Assembly (NCBI RefSeq): GCF_001194135.2
Contig: NC_068989.1
Location: 93,581,290-93,645,289 of the forward strand
Origin: Octopus bimaculoides
Lineage: Eukaryota
DNA length: 64,000 bases
Reading direction: 5' to 3'
This document shows positions 51,052 through 64,000 of this stretch, in pieces. Positions within the stretch are counted from its first letter, which is position 1. Every line of letters begins with the position of its first letter. The notes beneath the pieces were generated by a model. The model worked only from the letters and a program-made list of their open reading frames with translations. It did not search any database and was not told the origin of the DNA. A program made the translations under genes and the position numbers.

Positions 51052-52029
51052 AACATACACACACATATACATTGCTTTCTGTATCAGTTTGCTGCTTTCA
51101 CTTTTTACAATTTTCCCCTCCAATATTGCCCATCAAGATAATGCTGATTGAATGATCTTATCTAGTTGGAATTTGGCAAAGTTATATTCCCAGGGCTTAT
51201 TCATTCATGAGCTACAAAAAAGATCAGTGCTTCAGCTCCAAAAATAAGATTTGATTTCCCTACTCACCCATAAATATGATTAACCAGATCAACACTTCCT
51301 TGCAATCTCTTTAAGAAAATAGTCTTTTCTTGCAACTTTATGCACCATTTCCACACATTTTAATATTTTCGACAAGACTACAACGTGATATTTTCCGACA
51401 AAATGCTTTTCTTTTTCATTTCACCATTTTATATTTTTCAACATTTTTTTTTACCTCTTCTAACAGCGATTTCAATGGATTTTCTTTTCTCTTTTTTTGT
51501 TTTCTTTTGCATATTAGGCTATAGTAGTTTCATAATATTTTCCTCAATCTGTAATCTCCGACTCCCAAAAGGTAGGAGATGAATAATACAAGCGGTCGGG
51601 TCCAAGAAAAGAAGGCCGTTGAAAATCGGTCACCCTATCTTTAAGCATCGAATGTTTGGCGTGATTAATGTTATGGAAGAAGGAGAGCAGCTAACCAAGC
51701 AGTTCCATATTACGATTGCAACAGTATTATCAACAACAACAAAACAACAACAACACAACAGCAAAGGAGCATAAGCAGAAAGGCATCTCGCAAACACAAC
51801 AATAACCACTGCAACTTTGGCAACAACAAAAACGGCAGCTGCAACAACAAAAGCTAAAACAAAAATATAAGCACCAAGAAGGTATGAAGATACCATAAAA
51901 GCATCACAGAAAACCAGTTATGAACGAGGGAATGTTGAGCTTACAATGGACCCTTTATGCAGAAATGCCCTCCACCCCCCAGTTCTTCAAATTTCGTTCT
52001 ATTGCTTTATGCAAGGTGATTTTTAGCAT

Positions 52030-52480
52030 TCACGGAATGGGTTCGCAGTCGAGTGCTGCAAAGCAGGGATGAGAGTTAATGATTTAAAGACTGAAAAATT
52101 GGTCCTCTCAAGAAAGTGTTCTCGTACACTCTGCATCTTAGGGGAACTACATTGAAGCGAGTGGAGAAGTTTCAGTATCTCAGAGCCGTATTCAGTTGTG
52201 TTTTGATGCAGGAGGATAGACGAGCAGTAACTGGGGCAGTAATGCGACAGTTTGTATTCTTTAAAAGGAGAGATTGGTAAAAATTAAAAGACCAAAGTTG
52301 TCATTCTCGTCTACGATCATGAATGTTGGATAATGGCCGAAAGTGTATGATCATGAATGCATGTGGCCAAAATGCATGTGGCCAAAATGGGATTCTTCCG
52401 AAGAAACTTCTGAGTCATGTTACTCGACAGAGTAAGTAGCTCGGCCGAACCAATTGGAAGGAGTCCTTAGGGTAGTCCAA
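52030..52480 (+). mobile_element. Highly decayed RTE-like LINE fragment
   Basis: ECCKAGMRVN..KTE...VEKFQYL-like RT C-terminal residues; 17-nt duplication aatgcatgtggccaaaa. Confidence 0.45.
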
Positions 52481-52782
52481 GAATGAGATAGTAGGATAAT
52501 GCTCATAGTATCAGTTAGTCACGCTTGAGAATCAGCCAGAAAGTGGTTGCTCCTGATAGAAGCGTTTGGAAGAAAATGCCTGAGGACTTCTACGAACTTC
52601 TCAGGAAAATTGGCGGAGAAAATTAATGGATGGATGGATTTGCTAGAAATGAAGGACACAAATGGAAAAGGCCTCATATATATAGTGAATCCAAACAAAG
52701 AAGAACAAACAAGAAGGAACAATAACGCGAGTACGTGGTACATGTACTGTATTATCAGATATGCAGGAAAGGAAGGAAAGAG

Positions 52783-52818
52783 AATTTAACGTTTCGAGCC
52801 AGGCTCTTCTTCAGAAAT
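52783..52818 (-). ncRNA. Candidate minimal type I hammerhead ribozyme (dimer-type, PLE-associated)
   Basis: - strand: attt CTGAAGA A GAGC ctg GCTC GAAAC GTT aaat; 4-bp stem I, intact core, 4-bp stem II, loopless palindromic ACGT stem III, GUU cleavage triplet. Confidence 0.55.
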
Positions 52819-54284
52819 AGAGAGAAATCCAAAGGAAGACAGAGGACGAAAATCGCCAACTATACACACGCGGTTACAAAGAAAGGTTGAGTTCAATTAG
52901 AACGTTTTTACTTTGTGGTGAAGGTGTCCAAACTTAGATATCTAATAAAGATTTTTCATATTAAATTTGTAGCTTACTATTGCAAGTATTTTATTAAGAA
53001 TATGAAAATTTTACAGGTATAAGGTGTTATGAGCATTTATAGAACACAGTATTATATAAGCTCAACAAACAATTAAATATGGAGAAGAGAAGATGTTAAA
53101 AGTTTTATAAAATTTTAATCCATGCATACGATCGTTTCAAATGATAACACCAACATGTAAGAAATATGGAAGAAATTAAATTAATTATGATTATAATTAA
53201 ATTAATTTAATTACATATTACCATTCTCCTCACTGCAAAAATGAAGAATACATCAGAAAAGTTGTAACAGAATGAAATTATGTTGCTTCAGGAGACTGCA
53301 CGGATTCTGTGCCGCATAACTAATTCGGATATTCGTAAAATGATTGTGATGGATGAAATAAAAACATGCTTAGGTATTGTTGAGTCTAAAACTTAGCGGT
53401 TCGGCAAAAGATACCGATAGAATAAGTACTAGGCTTTCAGAGAATATATCCTGGGGTCGATTTGCTCGACTCAAGGTGGTGCTACAGCATGGCCGCATTC
53501 AAATGACTGAAACAATTAAAAGAATATATATATACATCGTATATATATATGTATATATATAAACAATTATAAATAAGGGCAAAAGAAAAATTTCCTTTAA
53601 AGCGTCGATCACCACATACAATATACATCATTATAAATACACGCCGTATTTATATATAAATACATGTATATAAATATATATATAATTGACTTAGGAAAAG
53701 AACCCAAAATATGAGCGGTGTCAAAATGCTGGACGACGATAACAATTGAGAATGGACAGAAGACGGCAATAATGAGAAGATCAGAAAAAGAATTTAAAAG
53801 ATTTGCATCGACTTACATTTTGTATTCAGAAATCACGGGCAATAATAATAACTTTCAGCAGAAATTTCACGTCTTAAATCAGAGGTAAACCATTCACCTT
53901 GTATCTTTTCACTTTTAAATCCAACAACTGCAAGTAATAAAAAATGCTGACACGCCCAAATATAATTTCTAAACACTGGTTTGACTGAAGCTAATAACAC
54001 TTCACTTCTGTACTTTAATTATCTGTTCAGAGGTCGAGATTTTAAGCGTGTTTCTTATCTTAATGAATGGATTACTGATGGTTTCAATAAAGGATAGATA
54101 AATCTCGATTAGCTACTGATCAGCATTTCCGGAGCAAAGTCAGTTCGAATTTGTGGACATATGAGACTCCAGAATCAATCAATTCAGTATTTCGTTGATT
54201 ATCGATATACACACATATATGGATAATATATATATATATATGTGTGTGTGTGTGTATATTTCGGTATACATATGTATACTTTTC

Positions 54285-54490
54285 TACTCAGGCACAAGGC
54301 CCGAAATTTTGGGGGAGGGGCCCAGTCGATTGGATCGACCTCAGTACGCAACTGGTACTTAATTTATCGATCCCGAAAGGATGAAAAGCAAAGTCGACCT
54401 CGGTGGAATTTGAACTCAGAACGTAAGGACAGACGAAACACCGCTAAGACTTTCGCCCAGTGTGCTAACGTCTCTGCCAGTTCGCCGCCT
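54285..54490 (-). mobile_element. Family 1 SINE
   Basis: Full-length reverse-complement copy. Confidence 0.9.
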
Positions 54491-54809
54491 TGGTATACGT
54501 ATATACAGAGGCACATAAAATACGAACTTCTAAGATTTGTGTTATTCGATATTCTAAAGATATTTTTTCATATATGATTAGTAATTTTTAATTTAAGAAA
54601 ATCTTTCTTCAAATATTGTCACTGAAAGAGAAATCTTGTAAAAAACACTTGTTTCCTATCTTCATCTGTTTTCTCTCCTCATTTCATTCCTTAGAAGAGC
54701 GTTGGCTCGGAATTTCAAAGACTTCTTCCACTTTTCCTGCGTATCAAAACTATTACATCTTGTTTTTTGTTCCCTCACCTGTTTCAACATTTTGTTTTGG
54801 GGGTTTTGT

Positions 54810-54841
<32 letters not shown>

Positions 54842-55237
54842 GCAAAATTAATAGAGGTCATAAAAATGACGGAAAGTACTGACTAGCACCGAATTATGCT
54901 AAATTAAGAGTTAAATTAACTCAAAAACACTAAAGCATTATAGTCAATGACTGACAATGGGAGGTAAGTCTCAAGCGTACATAGCCGTATTGCGATTTCG
55001 TATTTTGGCGTAGACCACATTAATTCTCCTCACTGGCACTTAACGCCAAATGTTAATCTCAACTTCCTTTGTGAATCTTATGAGGAAAACTGTTGAAAAC
55101 ATTTGCTGGTTTTCAAAACGGTAAAAGTGTAAACAATAAATTAAATATAGTACTTTAGTGACTTAAGAGTTAATTTAACTATTATTCGATGCTGGTCCAG
55201 CACCCTCCGTCACTTTTAAGACCTCTGTTAATTTTGC
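54842..55237. mobile_element. MITE-like element with about 90-100-bp imperfect terminal inverted repeats
   Basis: Left gcaaaattaatagaggtcataaaaatgacgga...gttaaattaactc...cactaaagcattata versus reverse complement of right arm gcaaaattaacagaggtcttaaaagtgacgga...gttaaattaactc...cactaaagtactata. Confidence 0.8.
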
Positions 55238-55920
55238 CTTTAGGTTCTAATTACTAATAAGCCACCCTTTTTATTTTTTTATATTATATTATATTATATC
55301 ATATTATATTATATTATATTATATTGTATACACCCATATTATATTAAATATATGACAAGGGAATAAAAAAATTATGTCATGCTCTCCGATGAATCTGTAG
55401 GATTCCAGCATTTAAATTTATCCCCGGTATTTAATCCGCGCGCGCGCGCGCGCGCGCGCGTGTGTGTGTGTGTGTATGTGTGTGCGTGCCTATATATCTA
55501 CTACTGAGAGATAAGTACTTCCAAATTTAGGATTTTCTGTGGATAGGTTTTTGCAATTTGAAGCGTAAAGAATCCTTCGTGTCACTGAATTCCACTCATA
55601 AAAGCTTCTCTATATAACTTAAGAAACGTTAAAAAAAGTTTCCCTTAAAGAGCTTTTCCGCGGATTTCAAAAAACATTTCACACAAATGCTTCGCCCAGC
55701 AAAATCCCCATTTGTCCAACTTCAATCAAATCACAAATTACGGAAATGATCACTGTATGAAAGGCTTTATTAGACTGAAGAGGAAATTCTATCATGCCAG
55801 CACTGCAGTAACGAACACGAAGACAGGCTAGTTGGCACTGCTTTAAAGTCCGCTGTCATGTGTGGGTGTGTGTGTATGTGTACGTGTACGTGTGTATGTG
55901 TATGTGTGTGTGTGTGTGTG

Positions 55921-56906
55921 CACATATACTTGAGTTTGATTCTTTCATCTGCCTTAGAAGCTCTGTACAAAATGATGGAAATCTAGACACAAAAATACAT
56001 CTGCGAATTCAAAGAGCAGCACAAACATTTGGCGGTTTGGAGTTACGCGTTTGGCGATAACGACAAAAATAACACAAAATTGGCTCTGTACAAATCGTTT
56101 GTATTACCATCCCTGTTGCCTTCTTCTGAAACAATGACATGCTATGAAAGACATTTCAAATTGTTAGAGCAATTCCACCAAAAATGCTTTCATCGCATTT
56201 TAGACATTAAATGGAGTTCTTTTACTCCACTCCAAACACAGATGTCCTTGCGTCTGAATGATTCTGAAAAACCAAAATGAGATGGTGTGGCCATGTTGTT
56301 CGAATGGTGGATGAACGAACACCTTAGCCGTTTTATGGTGAACTTGTAGAGGCGAAATGCTATAGGTGTAAACTTAAAAAGAGGTTTAAAGGACGGCATA
56401 AGGACTACCATGAAGACACTTGCTTCGGATCGAGCTGGATGGCGAACAAAAGTGTGGAGTGGAGGGAAAAGGTTTGAAGAAGCCAGGATAAAGCATGCAA
56501 GACTCAAGAGAGATTTAAAGAAGAATGTTATGATCGAGGTGAATCATAATGACTTTATTTGTTTGTACAGTTTGTGACAGACCATGCCTTTCTTTTACTG
56601 AGCTCAAATCTCATTTGCTGGCCCAGCAAAAACGAATCTCCATCAACTGTTCTGCCTATATGTCTGTGCGCACCTTTCAATGTCATGTATGCCATAAGGT
56701 TTGCAAATCTAGCGGAGGCCTCAAAAGACAGTTTAAGATCCACAAAGATCAGAACTTAACTTCAGCTCTTGGGAGTCCAAATCGGATATGCAATCTATGT
56801 GGATGTCTTTTCAAAACATTGCTTGGTTTAAAAGGCTACATCAGACACCATGATGGATCTAGGGTTTAGGCACAGGAGGTGGTCAGATTCTGCATAGAGA
56901 GTAGAC

Positions 56907-56907
<1 letters not shown>
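55921..56907 (+). mobile_element. RTE-clade LINE 3' end with three C2H2-like zinc fingers and (TA)n tail
   Basis: DGNLDTKIHLRIQRAAQTFGGL; TKLALYKSFVLPSLL..SET..YERHFKLLEQFHQKCFHRILDIKW; WCGHVVRM; fingers CTVCDRPC...LKSHL, CHVCHKVCKSSGGLKRQFKIH, CNLCGCLFKTLLGLKGYIRHH; ends gacaac(ta)n. Confidence 0.88.
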
Positions 56908-56967
<60 letters not shown>

Positions 56968-56974
56968 ACTGTGA

Positions 56975-57130
56975 CTGGCTTCTTTCAGCTTTCATTTACC
57001 AAATCCACTCACAAGGCTTTGGTCGGTCTGACGCTGTAGTAGAAAGAAGACACTTGCCCAAGGTGCCATGCAGCGGAACTGAGCCCAGAACCATATAGTT
57101 GGGAAGCATGCTTATTACGTTACTACACAG
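56975..57130 (-). mobile_element. Family 2 SINE 5' portion
   Basis: ccactcacaaggctttggtcgg...cacttgcccaaggtgcc...gaacc. Confidence 0.8.
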
Positions 57131-57143
57131 TCACTCCTGCGCT

Positions 57144-57207
<64 letters not shown>

Positions 57208-58081
57208 AAGCGAGAGAAACACACACACATTCACACACACATTTATACATACACACATATATATTTATGTATTTTTGGTGTATGTTTGAGTTACTATGTA
57301 AAAGCGTGTGAATGTATGTGTTTGTGTGTGTGTTCGTATCTATTTGTGTCTGTATGTGAGAGTCAGTCCGTACCGACCGATAACAAGAATTTAAGTACAA
57401 AACGTAAGGTATAAAAAAAAAAAGAAGAAAAACACACACTCAGAAAAACAGCCATCTTGAAATGTTCATTATATTTAGTATCTTTTGAAACGTGAATAAG
57501 TATTTAAATGTTGGAAAGAAGGCAAACAACAAAAGGAAACTTTGAAATATTCTAAATAAAAGAGATTGTACAAGTTACTCTTGTGGAAGTTTTACGTCTA
57601 TCGGAGTGGAAATATTTAAGATGAGAAGCGGATAAAAATAACACTAAATTTACAACTACGTTGAACGATTGTCACTGCGTGCAGTTTGGTCGTGTTGAGT
57701 TGGTGAGAATTAGTTGAGAATTGGTGCGAACAAATAACGTATATACAAAAAGGAGATGATAGCTTAATGATTTAGAATAAAAACAAAAGGCAAACGGTGT
57801 AAGCCGAGACTTATGTAGAGCTAGGAACTGGACAAAGGCTAGGAGAGAATTATACACGTGGACAGAGAAGTGTGTTTGCCTGTGAGTATGTGTGTGTGTG
57901 TGCCTGTGTGCGTATGAATATAGGTGTTCGTTTTGTGTGTATATACGTATATACATGATTTTACAGGACAGAAAGTATGTATGCGTATATATACATACGT
58001 ACATAAATATGTCTATACATACATACACACGCGCCCACACACAGACACAACCTCGCACACATTTAATACATGCCAATGTAA

Positions 58082-58280
58082 GGCGGTGAGCTGACAGAAA
58101 CGTTAGCACGCCGGGCGAAATGCTTAGCAGTATTTCGTCTGTCTTTATGTTCTGAGTTCAAATCCTGCTGAGGTCGACTTTGCCTTTTATCCTTTCGGGG
58201 TCCATAAATTAAGTACCAGTCGATCTAATCGACTGGCCCCCGCCCCCGCAAAATTTCGGGCCTTGTACCTAGAGTAGAAA
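58082..58280 (+). mobile_element. Family 1 SINE
   Basis: ggcggtgagctgacagaaacgttagcacgccgggcg...gtagaaaaga. Confidence 0.9.
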
Positions 58281-58849
58281 AGAAAAGAATATATGCAAAT
58301 GCACGAAAATATATACATTTATATATACATGTGTGTGTGTATATATGTATGTGTATGTGTATATATATAAATATATATGTATATATATATATAGATATGC
58401 ATACATATACATACATGTATATATATATATGCATATATATGCATATATATGCATATATATGCATACATATACACATCTATACATAATGTATGTATCTATA
58501 CTTAAAGCTTATGCGTGTGTCTGTATATGTGTGTGTGTATGTATATTTGCAATACAATTAAATCTGTTCATGTTGTCCCCCCCCCCACATCTTTTTTTTG
58601 CGAAATTACATTCTAAATTATTCGATGCGGGTTCTAATTACTGGTTGGAACCATTCTGTTTCATTTTGTGTTCGAATGTTCGCTCTGCTCTCTTCGTCTC
58701 ATAATACTCAACTAATGTTTTTGTTTTTCTAACTCTGTTCGTTCAATTCATTTTCTGTTTCTTCATCCGTAAATCTAATCAATATATACAACACGCTGTC
58801 AACAATACATATTTAATACGCTATATGCATTTATATTCTTTTATTCTTA

Positions 58850-59030
58850 TATTTGTTTCAGTCATTTGACTGCGGCCATGCTGGAGTACCGCCTTTAGTC
58901 GAACAAATCGATCCCAGGACTTATTCTTTCTAAGCCTAGTACTTATTCTATAGGCCTATTTTGCTGAAGCGCTATGTTACTGGGATGTAAATACATCAAC
59001 ATCGGTTGTCGAGCGATGGTGGGGCTAAAC
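58850..59030 (-). mobile_element. Family 2 SINE 3' portion
   Basis: tgtttcagtcatttgactgcggccatgctggag...taagcctagtacttattctat. Confidence 0.8.
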
Positions 59031-59665
59031 ATTGAGCGGACCAACTGCAACACTTAACGGATGAAGCATCAGTTTAGTCACTGACATGTATCATGTATTC
59101 AATTTTAACTTATTTACTTATTACACTATATGGAGGTATTTCTTTAAGCGGAACAAAGAACAGAAACAATTTGAAATTACAGAAATGTTAAGACTGAGTA
59201 ACGTAACACCGGTCAGATTTTAGGAACTTTTGTATAAGTAATCTAATCAGAGAGGTAAAACGGTGTATATGTGTGCCAGGTGTGGTGTTGCGATGGTTGT
59301 TTGGCAGCTCGACTTCATCTTTATCAGTCGTGTTCCATTTCTTTAGACAGAGTCTAAGTTAGGCCCAGATAAGTCTAGGAGCAGCAGAATCTCAGGTGTG
59401 GAGTAATACTTTGTGTACCTTACCTATAATCTGCAGTAGCTGTTGGGGAGGGATGACCTTTGTTCTTCATTCTTAACACTGAAGAGAAAGGCCATGTGTT
59501 ATATGGCATTTTTTGGTATAGGCGACGCATGGAAATAGCTGCAAGCGAGGCTAGGGAGTTAAGAAGTCCCCTTGCAACACCGTTCATCTTCTATTATAAC
59601 CTCGTACAGCAACGTCTTGTGAGTGAATTATGTACACTGTGAAAACTGTATCGAAGCTCGTCGTG

Positions 59666-59714
<49 letters not shown>

Positions 59715-60394
59715 GCATATGCATGCATATATATATANNNNNNNNNNNNNNNNNNNNNNNNNNNNNNNNNNNNNNNNNNNNNNNNNNNNNNNNNNNNNNN
59801 NNNNNNNNNNNNNNNNNNNNNNNNNNNNNNNNNNNNNNNNNNNNNNNNNNNNNNNNNNNNNNNNNNNNNNNNNNNNNNNNNNNNNNNNNNNNNNNNNNNN
59901 NNNNNNNNNNNNNNNNNNNNNNNNNNNNNNNNNNNNNNNNNNNNNNNNNNNNNNNNNNNNNNNNNNNNNNNNNNNNNNNNNNNNNNNNNNNNNNNNNNNN
60001 NNNNNNNNTGACTTTGCTCTTTATCTTCTGTTCTCGTTCATTGAAGCTGATAATTATTTCTTGCTATGTGGAGTTGTTATATTTCCATTTTCTTTTGTTT
60101 TGTAATAATTAAAGGGACAATGTTATTATGATCACACTGGGGTTTGTTTTCGAGGTCGCTGTTCATAAAAATGAGAGCAAATTTGTGATAAAGTGTCCGG
60201 ATGACGTGTGGATGGCACGTTTATGCAGAAGCTTTGGGAGAAATGAAGTAACAGTATCAAGTATTTAAGAAGTGGGGGGGGGGCGTTGCTGGAGGTCATG
60301 GCAAGTAAGTAATGGATAAATAGAAAGAGGAGTGCAAAGGGCAAAACTTAACTCTTATGCTCACCAAAATCAGGAAAATATAAAAGGCGAATGA

Positions 60395-60730
60395 AATAAG
60401 GCCAAGGTCGACTTTGCCTTTCATCCTTCGGGGTCGATAAATTAAGTACTAGTTACGCTCTGCGGTCGATGTAATTGACTTAATCTCTTTGTCTGTCCTT
60501 GTTTGTCCCCTCTATGTTTAGCCCCTTGTGGTCAACAAAGAAATAAGAAACGTTAGCGCGTCGGCCGAACTGCTTAGTCTGTCTTTACATTCTGACTTCA
60601 AATTCCGCTGAGGTCGGCTTTGCCTTTCATCCTTTCGGAGTCGATAAATTAAGTACCAGCTGCGTACTGGGGTCTATCTAATCGGCTGCCCCCTCCCCCA
60701 AATTTCGGGCCTTATGCCTAGAGTAGAAAA
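60395..60730 (+). mobile_element. Two adjacent family 1 SINEs of different subfamilies
   Basis: First copy carries the gtttagccccttgtgg tail, second the gggccttatgcctagagtaga tail. Confidence 0.85.
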
Positions 60731-61334
60731 GAATTATTTGAATTCTTCCTTATAAAGATGGAAATATTTTTAAACGAAGACGCAAAACACCATTATTGTA
60801 ATGTAGATAACGATAATTGTTAAAAGTTAAGTTCCAGAAATGTCTTGTATATTTTCCATGGAGTTAGAGACGTTATGGCACAGCCACTTTTATGCTGCAT
60901 ATTCGGCGCCGAACCCATTTTGAACAGATACATGTCCGAAGTTTTTTTCGATTATAACTGACCACGGATTTCTGTTCCCAAAATGTTACTTTTCGAGGCG
61001 TAAGTTTGATTATGTTTAGCAGTTGCAAGACTAGAACTTCCCTAATGCATGATATAGCCCACTCTTCACAACATCGATGATGCCCAAGGGTAAGGCAAAG
61101 CCGACTGAGCTTCTCTTCATCGCACTGCTTTCAGAAAACGAAGAACCGAAACAGAAACTGTAAGGTGCACATTCTGCCGACCAGAGTTAATGTATCTTTA
61201 TCCGTACCAAACTGAAGAAAGTCGAACTCCAAACTGTTTAAGATTTAAACTCAGAGCAAATGCAATTAGGAGCAATTTCTGAGGATGGATGCTCTGCCCG
61301 ACTCTTTAACAAATCTTTCAAATGTCTCACCGTT

Positions 61335-61925
<591 letters not shown>

Positions 61926-62112
61926 CAAAGAAAAATAACAACGATACTTTTAAGTATAATGTTTAGATTGCCTCTTTTTGACGACAGTTATGAAAAGAGT
62001 GTGCTTAGCACTGGTTTAGGGACACAGGACGGACTAAGGAAGGACTGGATTAGAGCAAAAGAGAAACCATAGCGGCTTGCAGTGGCACCCGATTATAGCA
62101 CGGAGATTAAAA

Positions 62113-62325
62113 GGTGGTGAGCTGGCAGAAACGTTAGCACGCCGGGCGAACTGCTTAGCGGTGTTTTGTCTGTCCTTACGTTTTGAGTTCAAATTCCGCC
62201 TAGGTTGACTTTGCCTTTTATCCTTTCGGGGTCGATATATTAAGTATCAGTTGCGTACTGAGGTCGATCTAATTGACTGGCCCTATCCCTCAAAATTTCG
62301 GGCCTTGTGTCTCGAGTAGAAAAGA
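62113..62325 (+). mobile_element. Family 1 SINE
   Basis: ggtggtgagctggcagaaacgttagcacgccgggcg...gagtagaaaagaa. Confidence 0.9.
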
Positions 62326-63384
62326 ATGATTGATAGTTCAGCATTGTAGAGAGCTTTTGAGAAATATTAGGAGAGATAGGCTTAAAAATAGACAATATCT
62401 GTGCGTGCCAGTCAAATAACTGATGTTTTATTTTAGGTATCGTCTGTTTGTGTGCGCTGAGATTGGTCAGTTTAGAATACGTAAGCAACAGCCCGCAGAA
62501 TCAGTGTCGTACATCATGAAATTGATGAGAACTGATGTAGTTTCGAGTTCTGAAGAGAATATCTAGTTTTCTGGGATTGAATTTTTGGCAACGTCCTATA
62601 TGTCAGTATATGAGAGGCCACGAGGGACTGCAGCCATAATCATTTGAAGCGACATTGGTATGTTTATTCCTGTGGTTTCCATGCAAAATGGTATTGAAGC
62701 ACAATACGATTTCCTCGGTGCATTGTGGAATTGAACATCCAGGAATTTCAACTCAATGAAAGGCAAGAGCGAAAGTTGGTTAGCATTAATTGGAAACATG
62801 ATATCGTTACCTGATTTTGTTACACGAAGGACGACAAATTAACACCTGGTAAAATTGACTGTCATTTTCGAGCTGAAAATAAACATCACCATTCGATCCC
62901 TTGACTCTCTCGTGGTTTATGGGTGTCAATTAACGCAGAATAAATTCATCACTTTTTCTTTATCTTGTAAAAAATAATGGTTCCATTTTTTAAAATCCCG
63001 ACTGACTAAAAGAACGAATTTACTTATTAATACGGACAGCAAAATGAGTTATCACACAAATTAAACCCAATCAATTGATATATTAGTAGCAGGTCTTATC
63101 AGTCGGTTCGATAACATCGATAAAATCGTTCGAAAAACTAAAACATAAATGAGCTGAAAATTACATCAATGTTTAAAACGCAGACATGGTTTTTTATTTT
63201 TTTTTTTTGAGTAATCTAAAACCTATCTCTATACACGCTGTTAGCTATTTAGTATTTATGTATGTATATGTCTTTCTCGGTATCACTTTCTCTCCCTCCT
63301 CCCCCTTTGCCTCTTTCTCTCTCTGTCTCTATATATATATATGTATACATACATACACACACACACACACACACNNNNNNNNNN

Positions 63385-63425
<41 letters not shown>

Positions 63426-63576
63426 CATATGTATATGTATCTCAGTGAATGTATTTATATATGTATGTGTGTGCGTGTGTATCTAGAGATAACGAATAGA
63501 TAAATGGATTGATAATATGTAAATAAAAATAGACCATAACAGACATAATTAGTATCGACATTTCAATATATAAGTG

Positions 63577-63624
<48 letters not shown>

Positions 63625-64000
63625 GATACATATATATTTATGTACATATTATATACATTTTTAAACACACTCGCACATTAGTTTACAAATATATGCATAT
63701 ATATGGGTGTGTGTGTGTGTGTGTGTGTCTGTGTTTATATAAATACATACATACACTCTAGACTAAGATACAGACACACAATAATAGAGCAAGATATATG
63801 TATTGTGACAAGGTTATATGCGTAGATCAATCGATAGTTTAAACAAAGAAGACCAGAATACAAAGAATAGCGCCATAGGCAGGAGAGAAATCGAACAAGA
63901 AATAAAGAAGACGTGAGAAAATGAGAGAGAAGGGGTGGGTGAATCTGAAAAGGAATGTATCCAGAGTGAGTTTTATTGAAGGAGACAACACCACTGGAGT

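Noticed and set aside
51630-51896. Hydrophobic 88-aa - strand ORF as a small membrane protein
   Set aside because: Derived from degenerate (CAA)n-rich sequence; no support from splice sites or motifs.
59230-59620. Higher-complexity segment resembling decayed coding or retroelement DNA (similar at 40000-40400, 60780-61200)
   Set aside because: All frames are interrupted and no family motif could be recognised; needs a profile search.
62596-62799. 67-aa - strand ORF with LKFLDV resembling a Penelope RT motif
   Set aside because: Only one short motif; flanking residues do not support it.

Overview
AT-rich, microsatellite- and SINE-dense animal genomic DNA with many assembly gaps. The repeat families and TTAGGG repeat suggest a cephalopod/octopus-type genome (inference). 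Two spliced SLC16/MCT-family (MFS) transporter paralogues could be rebuilt by hand in a convergent, tail-to-tail arrangement. Gene A (+): coding exons 2969-3168, 5269-5412, 8728-9816, 12291-12454; no start codon found in the window; lacks the TM8 Asp/Arg pair. Gene B (-): coding exons 35050-34852, 34136-33993, 31938-31171, a 51-nt microexon 22285-22235 and 21167-20923; 468 aa. The rest is intron/intergenic DNA with decayed mobile elements: R4/Dong-like RLE LINEs, RTE-like LINEs (one ending in three C2H2 fingers), a Penelope-like GIY-YIG fragment, mariner and Tigger fragments, several tRNA-derived SINE families, MITE-like inverted repeats and simple repeats. Most notable observations: a 5'-inverted (twin-priming-like) R4/Dong insertion at a (TAA)n tract; minimal dimer-type hammerhead ribozyme motifs, one apparently intact and one half-copy behind a tRNA-like head; a (TTAGGG)5 tract inside a LINE; and an extra TM12 intron in only one paralogue. 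No clear coding exon was found from 35.1 to 64 kb. All alignments and translations were done by eye; nothing was database-searched.
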